Assembly (NCBI GenBank): GCA_048128005.1
Contig: JBEUKZ010000080.1
Coordinates: forward strand, 432,226 to 452,225
Reading direction: 5' to 3'
Length of the DNA stretch: 20,000 nucleotides
Source of the DNA: Veleropilina oligotropha
Lineage: Eukaryota
The notes below the pieces were generated by a model that had not been told where the DNA came from, ran no database searches, and saw nothing but the letters and a program-made list of their open reading frames with translations. A program made the translations under genes and the position numbers. Shown here piece by piece: positions 18,862 through 20,000 of this stretch (positions are counted from its first letter, which is position 1; the number at the start of each line of letters is the position of its first letter).

Positions 18862-19494
18862 CTATAGCACACTATAAGCAACGGGCTGATCAGTTTTCAA
18901 CAGAAGCTTAGCGTGTCGTGTCTCGGCCAACAGCCGGCGAACCTCGGTCCGTTCATCCTGCGACGGGATTACATCGTTCTCGCGCAGACAGTCCTCGAAA
19001 CTGTCGCGGTCCTTGCAATGGAACAGCGCGACCCAGCGGGTCTGCTCTCTGAGCTCCTTCAAGACCGAGTTGTACTTTTGCGTCACTACCCATACGCTCT
19101 GGGAAGCATGCCTGCCGCTGAAGGCCAACAAAGTCAGCATGTCCCTCCTCTTTGCCATAGCCTTGCTCGCGGCGCAGTCGTCGATGATATATAAAGTTGA
19201 TTCCCCCTGAAACAGTCGGTAGAACCCCCGCAGCCAGTCATGGAGTCGCTCACCCGGGGGGACTAAATACACCTCAGGGTCGGTCCAGATCCACGGACAA
19301 GACTGGTATGCTTTGTTGTACTTGATCGTGGGGCAGAGGACCACGATATGCCGGAAGACGCCTCGATACTCCCCTTCCAGCAGTTCAAGCATGAAAACCG
19401 TCTTCCCACAGCCCGTCTGGCCGCAGATGATTGCGGAGTGGGGGTCCTTGGTGTGCGGAAATCGTTTAGTACAGTGCTTCGACGAATCGGCCAT
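18862..19494 (-). CDS. A32/FtsK-HerA-like genome-packaging ATPase (210 aa)
   Basis: Walker A GQTGCGKT, Walker B LYIIDD, arginine-finger SGRH, and sensor VWVVTQ in the order and spacing of Polinton/NCLDV packaging ATPases. Confidence 0.93.
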   Translation of the reverse strand: MADSSKHCTKRFPHTKDPHSAIICGQTGCGKTVFMLELLEGEYRGVFRHIVVLCPTIKYNKAYQSCPWIWTDPEVYLVPPGERLHDWLRGFYRLFQGESTLYIIDDCAASKAMAKRRDMLTLLAFSGRHASQSVWVVTQKYNSVLKELREQTRWVALFHCKDRDSFEDCLRENDVIPSQDERTEVRRLLAETRHAKLLLKTDQPVAYSVL

Positions 19495-19999
19495 TCTCGA
19501 TATTCAGCTGTGCGTCCATGATCACGAACTCGTAGACGTTCAGTGGACCGGCCGCTTCGGCTGTTTTAGTGATCTGAATAGTAATGCCTTCGCTGGCGTT
19601 CTCGACCCTCCGGCCTGACCCGTGCAACTGATCGTCGTCAGTTACCCGCATATCGATCCAGAGCGCAAATTTCTTAGTCAGAAATTCGCCCAGGGTGACG
19701 TCTGCCATCTCCAAGTCCTTTGCGACCATCGCGACCTCAGGATGCCGCTTGCTGCAGCCGGAGGCGAACATTTTCTTGGCTTCTTCCCAGATCTGGTATG
19801 TTCGCATGCCCTGGCTGTAGATTTGATTCGGGACACCCTCGATTGTGACCTCGACCTTTGTGATCTTCGGATTATAGAAGGCCTCAGTATCGCGAGAGAA
19901 TGGCGCGGCGTCTCTCGCAGGGTCCTCGAACAACAGTAGTATTCCTTTCATCGACCTCGCCGGTACGTTCACATTCATATTCCACAAAGAGTCGCTCTT
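19466..19999 (-). CDS. Probable major capsid protein (double jelly-roll), C-terminal part; 5' end outside window
   Basis: Frame is open to the window edge (KSDSLWNMNVNVPARSMKGILLLF..). Beta-strand-like alternating hydrophobic segments (NPKITKVEVTIEGVP, FALWIDMR, ITIQIT, LNVYEFVIMDAQLNI). Adjacent to and overlapping the packaging ATPase. The CDS is well supported; capsid identity is inferred from pattern and context. Confidence 0.62.
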   Translation of the reverse strand, partial: KSDSLWNMNVNVPARSMKGILLLFEDPARDAAPFSRDTEAFYNPKITKVEVTIEGVPNQIYSQGMRTYQIWEEAKKMFASGCSKRHPEVAMVAKDLEMADVTLGEFLTKKFALWIDMRVTDDDQLHGSGRRVENASEGITIQITKTAEAAGPLNVYEFVIMDAQLNIENGRFVEALY

Positions 20000-20000
20000 G

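Larger units (their letters stand above)
11190..20000. mobile_element. Endogenous Polinton/Maverick-like virus (adintovirus-like), right part beyond the window
   Basis: Abrupt switch to GC-rich, intron-less, tightly packed ORFs. Co-occurrence of PolB-like/helicase, rve integrase, packaging ATPase and probable capsid gene. Candidate AG-starting terminus AGCAGCAG at 11190 (exact boundary is inference). Confidence 0.9.

Noticed and set aside
15870..19939. Plus-strand ORFs opposite the minus-strand gene block (e.g. 17765-18298, 19313-19618)
   Set aside because: Antisense to motif-bearing genes and no independent support.
11190..20000. Bacterial prophage or contamination
   Set aside because: The gene set (rve integrase, A32-like ATPase, OTU-like/PolB) is that of eukaryotic Polinton-like viruses. 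No consistent Shine-Dalgarno sites or tailed-phage genes were seen.

Overview
Eukaryotic, probably invertebrate animal, genomic DNA in two very different halves. Bases ~1-11,190 are AT-rich host sequence with no convincing gene. They are a mosaic of non-autonomous mobile DNA: a Helitron-like element, a ~417-bp satellite, a 42-bp minisatellite growing out of a decayed LINE endonuclease, a hAT-like element with 8-bp TSD nested in a Helentron/DINE-like element, fold-back MITEs, and a TIR element with a 5-bp TSD. From ~11,190 to the window end is a GC-rich, intron-less, gene-dense and apparently intact endogenous Polinton/Maverick-like virus, truncated by the window. It carries a Cys-rich zinc-finger ORF, an rve DD34E integrase, several small and partly membrane-type ORFs, an A32/FtsK-like packaging ATPase and the C-terminus of a probable major capsid protein. 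Its highlight is a 1,299-aa replication polyprotein: Rho_N-like/terminal-protein region, OTU-like protease, exonuclease-less family-B polymerase core that keeps both catalytic Asp residues, SF1 (Pif1/RecD-like) helicase, and HNH/His-Me finger. A candidate left terminus AGCAGCAG lies at 11,190. All domain calls come from motifs read by eye; no searches were run.
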